A stretch of 64,000 nucleotides of DNA, from NCBI GenBank assembly GCA_958009085.1, contig OY253689.1:372001-436000 (forward strand), written 5' to 3'. The position numbers were made by a program, and so were the translations under genes. Position 1 is the first letter of the stretch, and every line of letters begins with the position of its first letter. Below, one piece after another: positions 40,501 through 53,252 of the stretch. Source of the DNA: Protoeuglena noctilucae (taxonomy: Eukaryota). The notes under the pieces were generated by a model. It did not search any database. It had not been told where the DNA came from and saw nothing but the letters and a program-made list of their open reading frames with translations.

Positions 40501-41124
40501 CTCGAGGAGGACGTCCGCGTGGGCCCGGAGCGGTCCTATCCATGCTGCGTGGGCAGCACGGCCACAGCGTGTCCCGGCCGCACCCGGCGAGCAGCGCACC
40601 CGTCGAATGCACAGTGAGTTGATTATGGAAGTAAGGAGCGCAACGGGCATAGAATGTCTCGACGCCGCGGCCGCGGGCGCCGGAGCGAAGACGATGCATC
40701 GTGGCCGCGAGCCCCGATCGCTCGCCTGGCATCCCCGATGCGGCCGGCGTCATCTTGTTGCGGTAAAATTGGTGTTGTTATGACGTGGGCGGAACCTGGC
40801 GCGACTCTCGCGAGGCTCCAGCTTAGTGCGAATGGTGCGCAAAGCGTACACGTCACGAACAGTCGCGGACTGTGAAGCAAAGGACCTCACTTGTTGGCGA
40901 GGGTAGATATTCCACCATTTCACTCCCACATTCGCGTTCAAAGGCAAAAAGAAACTCTGGCAACCACAGCGCGGCTGGCGCCCGACATTATGGCCGACCG
41001 ACGGCGCTCTACTGTCAACAGCAGCAACGATCGCGGTCCACGGCATCACATTTCGCAGTCAAAAAGCTAGATCCAACGCACACCTCCCGACCTCCCCCTC
41101 TCACTAGGTTATGTGCTTCGTCGC

Positions 41125-44100
41125 TCACTCAGCATCGCCCTCCGCCCCCCTCTCCCGCATGCGTTGCACGTAAATGCCCACCAGCCGCAGATGCGAGTCG
41201 CTCAGGTGCGGGCGGAGGTGCGTCTCTAAGGCGTCTCCCGCGGCGGACCACAGATCCACGATCGCAAACACCGCGGCTTTGCGCACATCGGCCGACGGAT
41301 GCGACAGTGCGGGGGACAGCCGGGGCGCCAGCCTTGGCGCCCAGCGCAGTGCGTCCGGCTGCGGGAGTCGCGCGCAGACGCGGCCCAAGCACTTGAGCGT
41401 CGCTTGCAGCTGAGAAGGGGCCATGTCCCATTGCGGGGGTGGTGGCGCATCGGCCGTGATGGCGCGAGGGGCGGCGTCGTCTGGCAGGTGGGTCAATATC
41501 ACGTCGAGACAGCGGCCGGGGGGGGCTTGCTTGACTGCGAGGGAAGGGTGGGGGGTGAGCGTGGGTGCGTTGGGGTGCGTGTGAGCGTGAAAGAAAGAAT
41601 TTTCGCATCTCCATATATATGTATGAGGATATTCGAATCTGTGCATGCATCTCACCTATGGCATCCAGTGCCTCCTCGGCGAGCGCACAGACCTCCCGCG
41701 ACCCGTCCCTGGCCGCCCGGAGCATGTCCGGCACGGCCGTTTCAAGCACCGACTCCGCCAGAGGCGCCTGCCAGACACAGAGGTCGCGCATGGCCAATGC
41801 GGCGTGCTCGCGGATGCCGTCGTCGCGGTGGGTGAGGAGGGGGCGGATGAGGGAGAATACTTGGGGAAAGAAGGCCGACCAGGCGGGGGGAGGGGCCGCG
41901 CGGGCCAACTGGGGGGGAGGGGGGGGGGGGGTAGAAGGGGTGGGGGTGGCAGTGGGGGTGAGCGTGAGGGTTGGCAATAGCAATTGGTGGAGATGAGCAG
42001 ACTGGCGCTGGTGCGTGGCGACTCTCCAGACAACGCCGTGTCAGTCTGTGTGATCGCATCGATTGCATGTGTCGGTCATCATTATCAACCCCTCACGACC
42101 CCTCACCTCCGATGCCAAAAACAGCTGGTGCATGACCAGCAGCGTCCGCGACCCCTCCGCGTCCCCCAGCGCCGCCACCATGCGACGGAAGTGCCCCTCC
42201 ACCACATCCGCCGACCCCATGTCCTGTTTGCGCAGTGGCGTGTAGGGCACAGGGCTGTACGGCGTGCCGCCCGCCCCATCCGCGCCCATCGCAGCGCCCG
42301 TGGGGTGTGCACCGGGAGTGTGTAATGCAGATGCAATTGCTGGGCCTGCTCTTGCTGGCATGGCGGGGGATGGGGAGGGGGAGGGCGATCGCCTCGCTGC
42401 CCCCGCCGCCCCCGCATTGCCCATTCCCATCCTCGCTGCTGGGGAGGGCGACGGTGATTTGCCCGCCTTATTCGCAACCCCCGCACCTCCCACCACCCCC
42501 GCACCCCGCACTGTGCCCGTCGTATACTCAAGCGTGCTTTCGCTCGTCTGCCGTTGCGCCGCTCCCGCCCCCACCCCACCCTTGCCCCCCACCTCTCCCT
42601 CCCCCTCCCCATCCCCCACTCCTTTCATCTCCCTCTCTCTGTCAGACTCGTCCCCCTCCCCCTCCCCCACACGCACCGCATGTGATCGCAGCCCATCCCC
42701 CTGCATCTCCACGTCCCCATCGCTCGCCTCCGCATACCCCTGCCACGCGTACGGCCCCTCCCGCACCTCCCGCACCGCCCCCGCACCCGCACCCCCCTCG
42801 TCCAAAGCTGGCGAAGCGCCCCGCCCACCGCTCCACCCCTCACCCCACGCCACCCCCGCCCCAGCTCCCACCCCCGCAGCCGCCGTCTGTTGTTGGTATC
42901 CCGGCAGCGCGGGCGCGAGGTGGCGGTGGAGGTTGGCCCGCTCATCGGGCGTGGCGTGGTGTGTGGCGTAGGCGGCGAGGGCCGACGGGTCAACGGCCTC
43001 GTGAATGCGGCACAGCAGAGAGGCAGCTGACGATCTAAGGGGGCGGTCGCGATCGGCCAACAACGCAGCGGCGCGCTGCACCACGGCGCGGAGGAGCGCG
43101 GGCGTCAGGCGGGCGTCTGACGCCGACGCCGCCAGAAACTGCGCCAGCCAGTCGAGTGCCGCGATGCGCGCGGCGGATCCCCGGGACTTGTCGAGGGCCA
43201 GCGCCGCGCCGGCGATGAGGAGGTCGGGGGGGAACGCGGCGGCGGCTGCGGCGAGGCAGCGAGCGGCGGCGGGGGCGTGGGGCTCGCGGTTGGTGGCGAT
43301 GTGGCGGAGGAGATCTGGGAGCAGGCGCTCTACCTGAGTGGGAGAGAGAGAATGGAAGAATGGTAATGACTTGAATGTGTGGAAGTAGATGGGGCGAGAG
43401 GGGGGGCGCTTAATTTGAACAGGGAGAAGGGAGTGACGTGAATGACTGGGTGCAGGGTGCATGCGATGGTGAGTCGAGAAGCGGAAGCTGGCTCAATACA
43501 CGAACATATATATCCGAACCATCCTGCTTAACACCCCCCCGCCCCTCTCACGCCTGTTCGCTCACTTCCCCCCCCCCCCCATACTCACCTGCATGTCCAT
43601 GCCCACCCCCAGCCTCATCGCCCCCATCATCACCCCTATCACCCCTCAACGCCCCTAATACTAACTCACTCCCCCCCATCCCTTACCTGCGTGTCCATGC
43701 CCACCCCCAGCCTCATTGCCGCCGTGCATGCCTCAATCGCAGCCAGGCTGACCATGCGGTGCGGATCCTGCAATGCGTCGATCAACCACGTCCCCACCCG
43801 ATCCCCACTCATCGCCATCTCAGATGCAGCGCCGGGGTGCGACAGGCTGCGCGCCAGTCTCCCCAACAACTCCACACGCTCCTCCCAACGCTTGCCGGGG
43901 CCGGGAGCGCGCGACAGCTCCTCTACTACCCCGCGAGGGTGGGGGGGTGGGGCGGGTGATGATGACACAGGTGCGGGTGCGGGTGCGGATACGGGTGTGG
44001 CTGCCCATGCAGGCGGGGGTGCGTGGGCGGGTGCGGAGGCGGGAGTGCGTGCGGGAGAGGGGGCGTCTGCCCAGTTCGCACCCGCGCCCCTTGCGCTGGC

Positions 44101-47100
44101 TGCTCTCCTCGCCCTCCCCGCCCCCACCCCCGCTGTCGCATCCCCCGCCCCATCCCCCTCTCCGTCCCCCGCCCTCGCCCCCAGTGCCTTGACGCTGACG
44201 TTGCGGCGCTCTGCGAGGGGCCCGCGCTGCGCTGCGGGGTCCTGCATTGCGCCGAATTGGCCCAGGAAGGAGGCCTTGGCGGGGGTGTAGCCGTCGGGCT
44301 CTGCTTGGGACCGGAAGGGGGGGGGGAGATGGTGTGATAATGACGATGATCATATGTGGAATGATGATATGTGGGAGAGAGAGTGGAGCAGTTGAGAGAG
44401 AGTGGGGAAGCTGAGGAAGCGGGGCAGCAGAGAGTGGGGCAGCAGAGTAAAAGGGGCAGACACCGCAAACAGTGGGCTACGACCAATACCACTATTAACA
44501 CCCAGAGATCATCACACTTTCACATCCCCTCACCTGCGTGGTAGCTCCCCGGGTGATACGCGCGTCCCTTGCCACCCGCCCCCTCCTCCCTAACACTGCG
44601 GCTCGCACCCACCACACGCCTCGCGCCCCCCGCCAATCCCGACCCAGCCCCCTCCCGCCCCTCACCCCACGCCACCCTCACCGCACCCGCACCCGCAGCG
44701 TTAACCCCGTCCGCACTCGCACCCCCAGCAGTGGGGGTGGGCGTGGGGGTGGGCGTGGGGGTGGCGCTGGCACTAGGCACGCGAGTGGTGGATGCGGGGC
44801 TGGGGTTGCCCGAAGAAGCGGCGGCGCGCGCAGCAGTGAGGGACGCGAGGCTGCTGGGGCGCTTGAGGGAAGCGGGGGCGTGGCGGGTGGCGAGGGGTGG
44901 GTGGGGCGTGGCATGGGCGCGTGACACCCCGCCCTCGCTGAGGGTGGAGGCGACGGCGGCGGGGCGCGGGCGGTGCGTGGGGGATGCGCGGGACACGGGG
45001 GACTGCGCTGTGCCGCCTGGGGAGGGAGATGGGAGGGTGGGGGGGTGCATTGGTGGGTAGGGGAGTATGTGAAGCGACTGTGTGGGGTGGGGTGGGACAC
45101 ACGACATCGTTGCATGCGATGCAATCGACAATCAATGATGAGACGCACTAAGTGAACACGAGATGCAGCTAATCCTCTCATCAACCCTCTCAGCCGCGTT
45201 ACAACCGCAACCCCCCCACCACTCGTTGCAACTCATCCCCACCCTTCCCCTCCCATCCCACCCCTCTCACCCCCACCCATCCCCAGCACTCACCCGCGGG
45301 CCTATACGTCGCCTCCAACGCCGCCCACTCCCCGGAAGGCGCATACTCCGCACACTCCTGCCCCAACCGCCCCTGCAACGCCGGCGGAGCGCGCGACAGC
45401 GCCGCAGCTCCTTTATTCCCGGGCGCCCTCGCATGATACGCCGCGAAAGCTTTGCGGCATAGGGCGCGCGCGCGTGGGTCTGCGTCCTCGCATCCCTTAA
45501 GCAGAGTCGTTTCTATTTCTGGCAATGCGCGAGATAGGGCGGGGCGGGTGAGGTCCCATGCCTCGCACACCAGCAGGAGCCATGCGGCGGCGGCGGCGCG
45601 GAGTTCTCTGTGTTTGTCGCGGAGGGCTTGGGAGAGGAGGGGGAGCAGGCGGGGGCTGCGGGGGGGGAAGGGGAGGGGTGCGGGTGCGTAGGTGATGGGG
45701 ATGTGCGTGGAGGGAGGTATGGGGTGAGGGGAGGGGAGGGGTGCACGGGTTTGGGAGGTACTAAGTGTGGGGAACGCGTTACATGAGACAGACAGAGATG
45801 GGGAGCGACACTGAGTGTGGGAGACATTGTATGACATTGCCTCGCACATCATTGTCGCACATCGTCACACCCCACGCCCCCCTCACCTGTGGCAGCTCCA
45901 CAGCACCGCCGCCACGCACTCCCTCGCGCTTTCCGCCATAACCTGCACCGTCAGCACCGCGACGCGGAACAGCACCGGCAACAGGTGCGACGCCGCCGCC
46001 TCGAACCCCGCCCCCGCCGCCCCCGCCATCGCCCCCACCAGCTGCGTGGCCTGCCGGCACACGGCAGACCGGCGGTCCTGCAATTGCGACTCGAGCGCCC
46101 GCGCCATCTCCCGGCAAGCGTCGCCGAAACCATCTATGCTCCCCGCACCCCCCCGCACCACCTCCTCGAACCGCCCCATCGCCCCACACCGCGCCTCCCA
46201 GTCCTCCCCCGTCCCCGACAGCGCCGCGCACGCCGCTTCCACCTCCGCCCGCAGCTGCGCGAGGGTCTCCACCACCCGCACCGCTCCGCTCGTCGTCGCG
46301 TGAGTTGGGGCGGAGGTGGGAGACGGCCCCGTGGCGCGGCGGGACCCCGGGCGCCGCGCCGCGCTCGCAGAGCCCGACGCGGATCCCTGCGAATGCTCGC
46401 TGTGCTCGCGGCGGGGCACGCGGGCGGGCGAGGAGTGGCGGTGGCCGATGGGGGAGGCGTTGCCCCCACCCAAAGGGGACCCCTCGCCCGTTGCGGCAGC
46501 CACGCTCCCCGCCCCGCACGCGGCCTCGATGCGCGCGTGGACGTCCTGCATCTGCGCGGGTCGCAGCGCGTGTGGCTCGAGCGCCCGCAGCACCGCCGCC
46601 GCCCCGACCGCCCCCGCCAACGCGGCCAGCGCGTCGGCTGCCGCGGCCCTGGGCACCGGCGAGGGGTCGTCGAGGAGCCCCGCGAGACGCGGCACGAGCG
46701 CCCGCGCGGCGTAGGCATCGCCGATCGCCTCCGCGCCCAGAGACTCCGCCAGCCCCGCCACCACGGTCGCCACCCCGGCGCGCGCGTGGTGGCTGCAGTG
46801 GGTCCAGGCGCCCGCTGCGTCCATGCGCTCTAGGAGAGTCTGTCCCGGGTGCGGCCCCGGCGCCACGTCGCGCGCGGCGAGGTCGGTGAGGGCGTCGATC
46901 GCCGCATCGCGCACGGAGGGGGTGGCGGATGCCAGTGGGTCGATGAGGAGGGGGACGAGGGCGGGCAGGCGGGGGCGGAAGAGGTGAGGGTCGTTCTGCA
47001 CCGCCGCGCGCAGCGCTGTCAGGCCGTCCGTGGAGGTCTGCGGGAGGGGAGGGGGGGGGGGTCAGAGGTGAGCGAGGGGGCGGGGGCGGTGGTCCGGCCA

Positions 47101-47359
47101 TCGCAGTTGCTGGGATGTGTAGAGCCGTGCAGTGCGGCGTGCCGGGCGCCGGCAGCGCAGTGCGGCGGGACTGCGGTCCAGCGCGGCTCGCCTTCGCGTT
47201 GTTATCGGAGAGGCAAAGCCGCACGACATCGATGAGGTCCGACGCCTGCGCTGCGTCCAGGGGGCACGACTCCACGTGCGCGATGAGCTCCGATAGGGCC
47301 GCCAGACGATCCTTGATCGATCCCCGGCAGCTTTCGACGATCACGTCCCACGAAGCCAT
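41125..47359 (-). CDS. CLASP: CLIP-associated protein (CLASP), TOG/HEAT-repeat microtubule regulator
   Basis: TOG1 (KDRLAALSEL..LSDNNAK), CLASP_N (EDWEARCGAM..LQDRRSAVCRQA..VQVMAESA), a Ser/Pro/Arg-rich linker, DPHRMVS, and C-terminal HPSADVRKAAVFAIV..HLRLVGIYV. Confidence 0.9.
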
Positions 47360-48492
47360 GGCGGGCGGCTCGCTAGCGGGCTCTGCGCGGGGAGGGCAGC
47401 GATGTGAAGGGGAGGGGGCGCGTGGGACGGCGGAGCAGCTCGGGAATGTACAGCACTGAGGATATGAGGTAGAGCGGGACGCGGCCAGGCGGACAGCGGG
47501 CGCTTGCGAGTGCGGGCAACCCGCGTTCCGGACGCAGCGTTGATGATGCCCTGCGCCTCTCATCGCGCCAGCGATGGGCCGAGCTGCCAGCCAGTTGGCT
47601 CGAATATCGCCCGCGTCACCGTGCGCCACCGTGAGATTTATTCGCCGGCAAAGAGTCCTGCCCCGCAGCGCGCAACACACCTTGAGCCCCCTCCGCTCCT
47701 ATCACGCCGTATCCCTGGCGCTCTCACTCACGCACAGCCTGCCATGACATGACAGGATGTGAGAGCGCCTGTAAGCAACCCTGCCGGGCGACTGGACCAG
47801 CTCGGCCGTTCAAATGTCTCGAAAAGGCCGTCAGTGAGCGCAGCCACGAATGCCCGCGCGCCTCTGAAAACATGCCATTGAATGTGCGCAATCAAGCCCC
47901 TGCGCTTGATTTCTCCTTTCCGGCCTGCCAGTGCCAAGCAGTTTTAGTGGATCGTGTGGAGCTCTTCGCTCGAGAACCACCGCGAGAGCGTCTGCTTGGA
48001 CCCGGCCGTATCCAGCCCGCGATTCGCAGGCTCTCTGGGTCGGGACCAGTTCGCCGGAGCTCAACATCTCGGTCCTGAGCTTCTCCGAGGGAGCGCCGGC
48101 AGCGCCAGCCTATCCGCGATCGGGGGTTGGGCTCGACGCAAGCTAGGTGAGCGATCCCGCCCCCGGCACCGGCAGCCCACAGGTGACGCACATGCTTGTT
48201 CGAACGAAGGCCCGGGTGACCGCGTGGGTCCTCTGAGCAACTGAGTCAAGCGTCGACTGTGTCTCGGCTTTCATTTGCAAGCGCTGGGGATGCGCGCCGT
48301 GCCTCAGGCGACGCCGCTTGCGCGCAGAGGGCCCGGCACTTGTCCGACTTTTTGGCCCTGACCCTGCGTCGCCGGGCGTGAAGCGGTCGCATCCGGCGCC
48401 GGCCCGCGAAGCACAATATTTATGCCCTCCTGTTGCGCAGACGCTAGAGGGCGCGGTCCACCCGGGCGGCGCGAGAGAAGCGAGTTGGCGCG

Positions 48493-48545
48493 ATGGGGCT
48501 CCTGGGTTTGCTTCGCATGCTCAAGAAGAGCGACACCGAGGCCAG
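48493..48545 (+). CDS. First exon of an ARF-like GTPase (ARL3/ARL2-like); remainder lost in the assembly gap
   Basis: MGLLGLLRMLKKSDTEAR resembles the ARL3 N-terminal amphipathic helix (MGLLS-LRKLK...E-R) and is followed by a GCGAG donor and then Ns. Confidence 0.65.
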
Positions 48546-48565
48546 GCGAGGGGCCGCGAATCGCG

Positions 48566-48765
48566 NNNNNNNNNNNNNNNNNNNNNNNNNNNNNNNNNNN
48601 NNNNNNNNNNNNNNNNNNNNNNNNNNNNNNNNNNNNNNNNNNNNNNNNNNNNNNNNNNNNNNNNNNNNNNNNNNNNNNNNNNNNNNNNNNNNNNNNNNNN
48701 NNNNNNNNNNNNNNNNNNNNNNNNNNNNNNNNNNNNNNNNNNNNNNNNNNNNNNNNNNNNNNNNN
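48566..48765. other. Assembly gap (200 N)
   Basis: Run of N. Confidence 1.
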
Positions 48766-48963
48766 GTGTATGGGGGGGGGGGGGAGGGGGGGGGTGGGAG
48801 GGGCTGGGCTGGTGGGGAGCCGTGGAGAGAGCAAGCCCCGGTGGGAATGACCAGTGCCTAGTGCTATCCATCTGTACCACTCTTGCTGCCCGTCTCAGCT
48901 CAGCCACTGTCGCCACGACATAACCGGACATGACCGCCGCCCTCGTCACTCGCTCGCTCGCAG

Positions 48964-50863
48964 TGGGGGCGGGGAGGGCGCGACGGCTCGCGAGGTGCTG
49001 CGTCACCGGGGCGTGGAGCGTGTGATTATGGTGGACATCGACGAGGTGGTGTGCCGCTTCTGCGCACAGCACCTCCCCAAGAACACCGCGGCGTTCAAGG
49101 ACCCCAGGTGGGGTGTTGGTGGGAAGGGGGTGTCGTAATGTTGTAACGTTAAGTGAAGATTGCATGTGAGCGTGCGGGGGGGGGGGGGGTTGATGCTGAG
49201 TGGGGCTTGTCTCTCTGTGCTGTACACGACGTGCTTGTTTACCACCCAAGTAGTGATGCCACATCACTACTTGCGCCCCCACATCAACCTCCCCCTCCCA
49301 TACCGCCCCCCCCCCCCCCCCCCCCACCCAGGCTCACCCTCATCCACAACGACGCCCGTGCCGAGCTCGAGCGCGTCCCCGACGGCTCCCTTGACGTGGT
49401 CATCGGTGACCTGGCGGACCCCGTGTTCGGTGGCCCCTGCTACCAGCTCTACACGAAAGATTTCTATGAGAATGTCGTGAGGCGCAAGCTGGCGCCCGGG
49501 GGCATCTTCGTCACGCAGTCGGGGCCGTGCGGGGCCGAGTCGTGCACGGAGGTGTTCACGGCCATCCACAACACGCTCAGGTGAGCTCAGGTAACAGGGC
49601 ACAGGACTGTTACACCATCACAGGGTGATACCATCGTCAGCATGGGATCATAGAGCGCAGAGGGCGCATGGCATTGATGTGTTCCTCATAGAGAGCCGGC
49701 TGGGACTCTCTGGCAACCTAGTCCCGTGGCATTGAAGCTCCGTTCAACCCCTAGATTACATCACGGGGGCTTCGGCCGGTAAGCCCCAGTGATGTAATCT
49801 AGGGGTTGTCTATTGGAGCTTTACTGCCAACGGTGCTAGGTTGCCACAGTCCTAGCCGTCGCTCTACGAGGAAGGCGTCAATGCTTAGCGCCCACTGCGC
49901 TCTATGATCCCATGCTTGCTGACGCTGGGATTACCCTCGACCGCTGACGCAGGGCTAATTCTGCCCCCTTTCCCAACACCACGCCATGCCATGCCATGTT
50001 ATCTGCCTCTTCCTCACAACCCCCTCCCCCCCTGCACCCATCCCACACCACGTTCCTCACTCTCACAACCCCCTCCCACCCCACCCCACACACCCACACC
50101 CCCTGCACCCATGCCACACCATGTTCCTCCCTCTCACGCCCCCTCCCAACCCCATCCCCCCACACCCACCCCCCCCTGCACCCCCGTGCCATGCTTTGTT
50201 CTCGTGTGCTTTGTTCTCACAAGCCCCTCCCACCCCCACACCCTCCACCCAACCCCCCCACCCCCTCCCCTCACATCCCCCAGGCAAGTCTTCCCCCGCG
50301 TTCTCACCTACAAGGTCCCGATCCCATCCTTTGTCGACTGCTGGGGATTCAACGTGGCGCTGTCAGACCCAGAGGGCACGCCCGCGCTGGCGGCTGAGGA
50401 ACTGGACCGTCGGATTGAAAAGCGCATCGAGGGGGAGCTGGAGTATTTGGATGGGGCGTACATCCTGGGGATGCAGGTGAGAGTTGGGGTGGGGGTGGGG
50501 GTAGTGAGGATGGGGGTAGTGGGGAAGATGGTGCGAGGTGTACATCCTGGGGATGCAGGCGAGGGGGGTGGAGGGGGGTGGGGGCAGTGAGGGTGGAGTG
50601 ATGGGCATGCTCTAAACCCTCACCATCCGCGTCAGCCCCTCTCTCTCATGCACCCTTATCATCCACATCAGTCCCTTCCATCCACGCCTCACATCCACGC
50701 CTCCCATCCCCACCCCTCCCAGTGCACCCCTCCCATCCACACCCCTCCCACAATCACGCAGACGCTCCCCAAGTGCATCCGGCGCCGCATGGCAGAGGAG
50801 ACGCACGTCTTCACCGAGGACGCGCCCAGGTACCTCAAGTCGGGGGCAGGGCTCAAGGCCTGA
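48964..50863 (+). CDS. ACL5: Thermospermine synthase (ACL5-like aminopropyltransferase); 5' part missing in the gap
   Basis: GGGEGATAREVLRH, MVDIDEVVC, GDLADPVFGGPCYQLYT, GIFVTQSGP, VFTAIHNTLR|QVF, PSFVDCWG. These match ACL5-type rather than spermidine-synthase (GGGDG..DSSDP) motifs. Confidence 0.88.
49622..49937 (+). ncRNA. Long intronic fold-back, candidate miRNA precursor
   Basis: Arms 49622-49772 and 49781-49937 are imperfect inverted repeats with an 8-nt loop; 8 of 9 transition mismatches are G:U-compatible on the sense strand. Confidence 0.6.
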
Positions 50864-50874
50864 GGGGTGCGCGT

Positions 50875-50879
50875 TGTAA
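50875..50879 (+). promoter_or_regulatory. Putative TGTAA polyadenylation signal of the ACL5-like gene
   Basis: TGTAA about 12 nt after the TGA stop. Confidence 0.5.
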
Positions 50880-51345
50880 TGGAAACGCGCGCGTAGCTGC
50901 GGCGATAGATGTGGGACTGTGCGGGGACTGCCCACGGGCGGCCCATAGGCGACGTGCCAGTTGCAGGGGACGCGGCTGTTTGTCATAGGATGTAGGCAGA
51001 TTAGGACCGGGAGTAATGCTGTTGTCGCGCGAGGCCTTCGGTTTGGCCGCCCCGGCCCAAACGCGGTTGCTGACGCGCCGGACTGCTGCAGTCAGCTCTC
51101 TGGCAGCTCAGCGCCTGGCCGAGTGGTCCGGGTTGAAACCACACTTGACCGAGAGAGATCCGGAGCTGCCCGCGCTGAGCTACTTCCGCGAAGGGAGCGG
51201 TTGCAGGTGCCGAGTGCTTGCGCAGGCGCCTGCAGACACGCCGCGTAGTGCGGACCCGCGGACGCCATTGGGATGAGCCCTGTCGCTTTCGATGCAATCG
51301 CGGAAGTGCTAATCTCCCTCACTCGATCAATCAGCAGCGCAAACC

Positions 51346-53252
51346 ATGGACGTGGCTCAGCGCGTCTCAGCCGTCGCCGCCGGCTCCTCCGGTGAGCTGC
51401 GGGACCTTCGCGGCGCATGGAGATGTGCGAAATTTGCGGACGCGAGCTACTGCTTAAGACGCTGCGCGCCCGCGGAGTCGCCGGCGGTCGCGGCATGCGC
51501 CTACGCTGATCAACGCCCCCGCAGGCGTCTCGGGCGACTGGGACATCGTCTCTTCGCGATATGCGCGCTACGAGATGACGATACCGAGCGTCGCGTCGTC
51601 GCGGCCCGCAACGGGTGGGTCATCGGCCCGCGCTGCGCCCTGGCACGCGCTGCCACCTCCTGCCCTGCACCCGTGACGCCCGGCCCCGCCCGCAGGCCTC
51701 CGCCCGCCTTCGTACGCCGCCTCCTCCATCGCCCCGGCCGACCCCGGCTCCCGGCCCCGCTCGCCCGACGCCCCGGACATGTGGCACGCCCTGGGCCTGG
51801 GCCCGCGCCGCACGCCGTCCCGCCCCTCCCGCGCCGCGCCCCCGAGCGGCCTCTCCGGCCGCGACCTGGCGTCGACCGAGTACCCCGAGGACGCCCCGCC
51901 GCGCTCGAGCGTGCACGCGGGGGCGCGCACGGCCAGCGCCACGAGCGGCCCCCGCCCTTTGGAGCCCAACCCGGTGCTGGCGGAGCAGCCCCTGTCGGAT
52001 CCCCGCCGCATGCGCCTGCTGCAGGTGGACGGCTGCCTCGTGGACGACCTCTCCGCGGGCCGCCTGACCTCGCTGACCCTGGCTGCGACGCGCGTGTCGG
52101 TGCGGCAGCTGGAGATGCTGAGCGAGGGCATCGCGCGGTGCCCCTCCCTCGCGCTCCTCAACCTCTCCGCGACGAATGCCACGGACGCCCACATGGACGT
52201 CCTCAGCCGCGGACTCCGATTCAACCGCTCCATCGCCTCGCTTGACATCTCGGCCAACCTCATCGCCGACCGTGGGGCCGAGGTCCTCGCGCGCGCCTGC
52301 GCGCAGCACGGCACCCTCGAGCACCTCTACTTGCAGGTGACTGCCAGTCGCCGCGGTTGCCAGGCGCTGGATGGGGTCCTGGTGGTGCCGCCACATGACA
52401 CCGTTGCGGTTCTGTTCACGCGCGCTAGTTGCTGACGCACCCACCCCCCTCGCCCCGCAGATCAACAAGGTGGGCCCGCGCGGCATGTACGCGCTGTGCC
52501 TCCACGCCGCCCACATGACATCCCTGCGCTCCCTGGACGTGTCGAACAACCCCCTGGGCGATGACGGCGTGCGGTGTTTAACTAAAATGGCCGACGAGGC
52601 CGCGTTCGACGGGCGCCAGGTGCCCCTGGAGCGCCTGTACCTCAACACGTGCGCGTTCGGCGTCGCGGGGGCCGAGTCTCTGGCCGCGCTGCTCGAGGCC
52701 GGCAAGCTCCCGCGACTCGAGGCCGTGCACGCGTCCGACAACGGCATCCCGGACGGCATGGCCATGCGCCTGCGCAAGTGGGCCGCGAAAGCTGGCGCCG
52801 ACGTGCGCCTGGCGACTTCCATGGCCGACGTGGTGGACCTCTCCTGGTGGGTTGACCAGCAGTCGCCCCCGCCCCTCGACCCGATCGAGCGCGCCCTCCT
52901 GGACGGCGTCGTCGACCCCTCCCTCCCCACGCGCGGCCTCGCCAGCCGCCTGGAGGACTTCCCCATGCACGACAGCGTCGTCACGGGGCGAGCCTCGGGG
53001 GCGGGCGACACGGACGACCCGGGGCCGCTGGGGCTGGGGAGCGTGGCAGGGGAGGGCGAGGGGGTTGACGAGGGAATGGAGGTGTCGCCGGAGTGGAGGG
53101 AGGGGACGGCGCGGGGGAGGCGCAAGACGCACATGGGCGTGGTGCTGGGGGACGGGGGCGGGGCGGCGGGGGGGGGCAGGCGGAAGACGCACGTGGGGGC
53201 CCTGGCGGGGCTGGGGGGAGGGGCGGGGGTCTCGTTCGCCCGGGAAGTTTGA
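51346..53252 (+). CDS. RNI-like leucine-rich repeat protein, 4 exons
   Basis: LRR motifs LALLNLSAT, IASLDISANLIADRGAEVLA, LEHLYLQ|INKVG, LRSLDVSNNPLGDDG, LERLYLNTC. Upstream exons from ATG 51346 join in frame. Confidence 0.8.

Noticed and set aside
45779..47680. 633-aa ORF on the - strand
   Set aside because: Mostly an alternate frame and intron read-through of CLASP exons 1-2.
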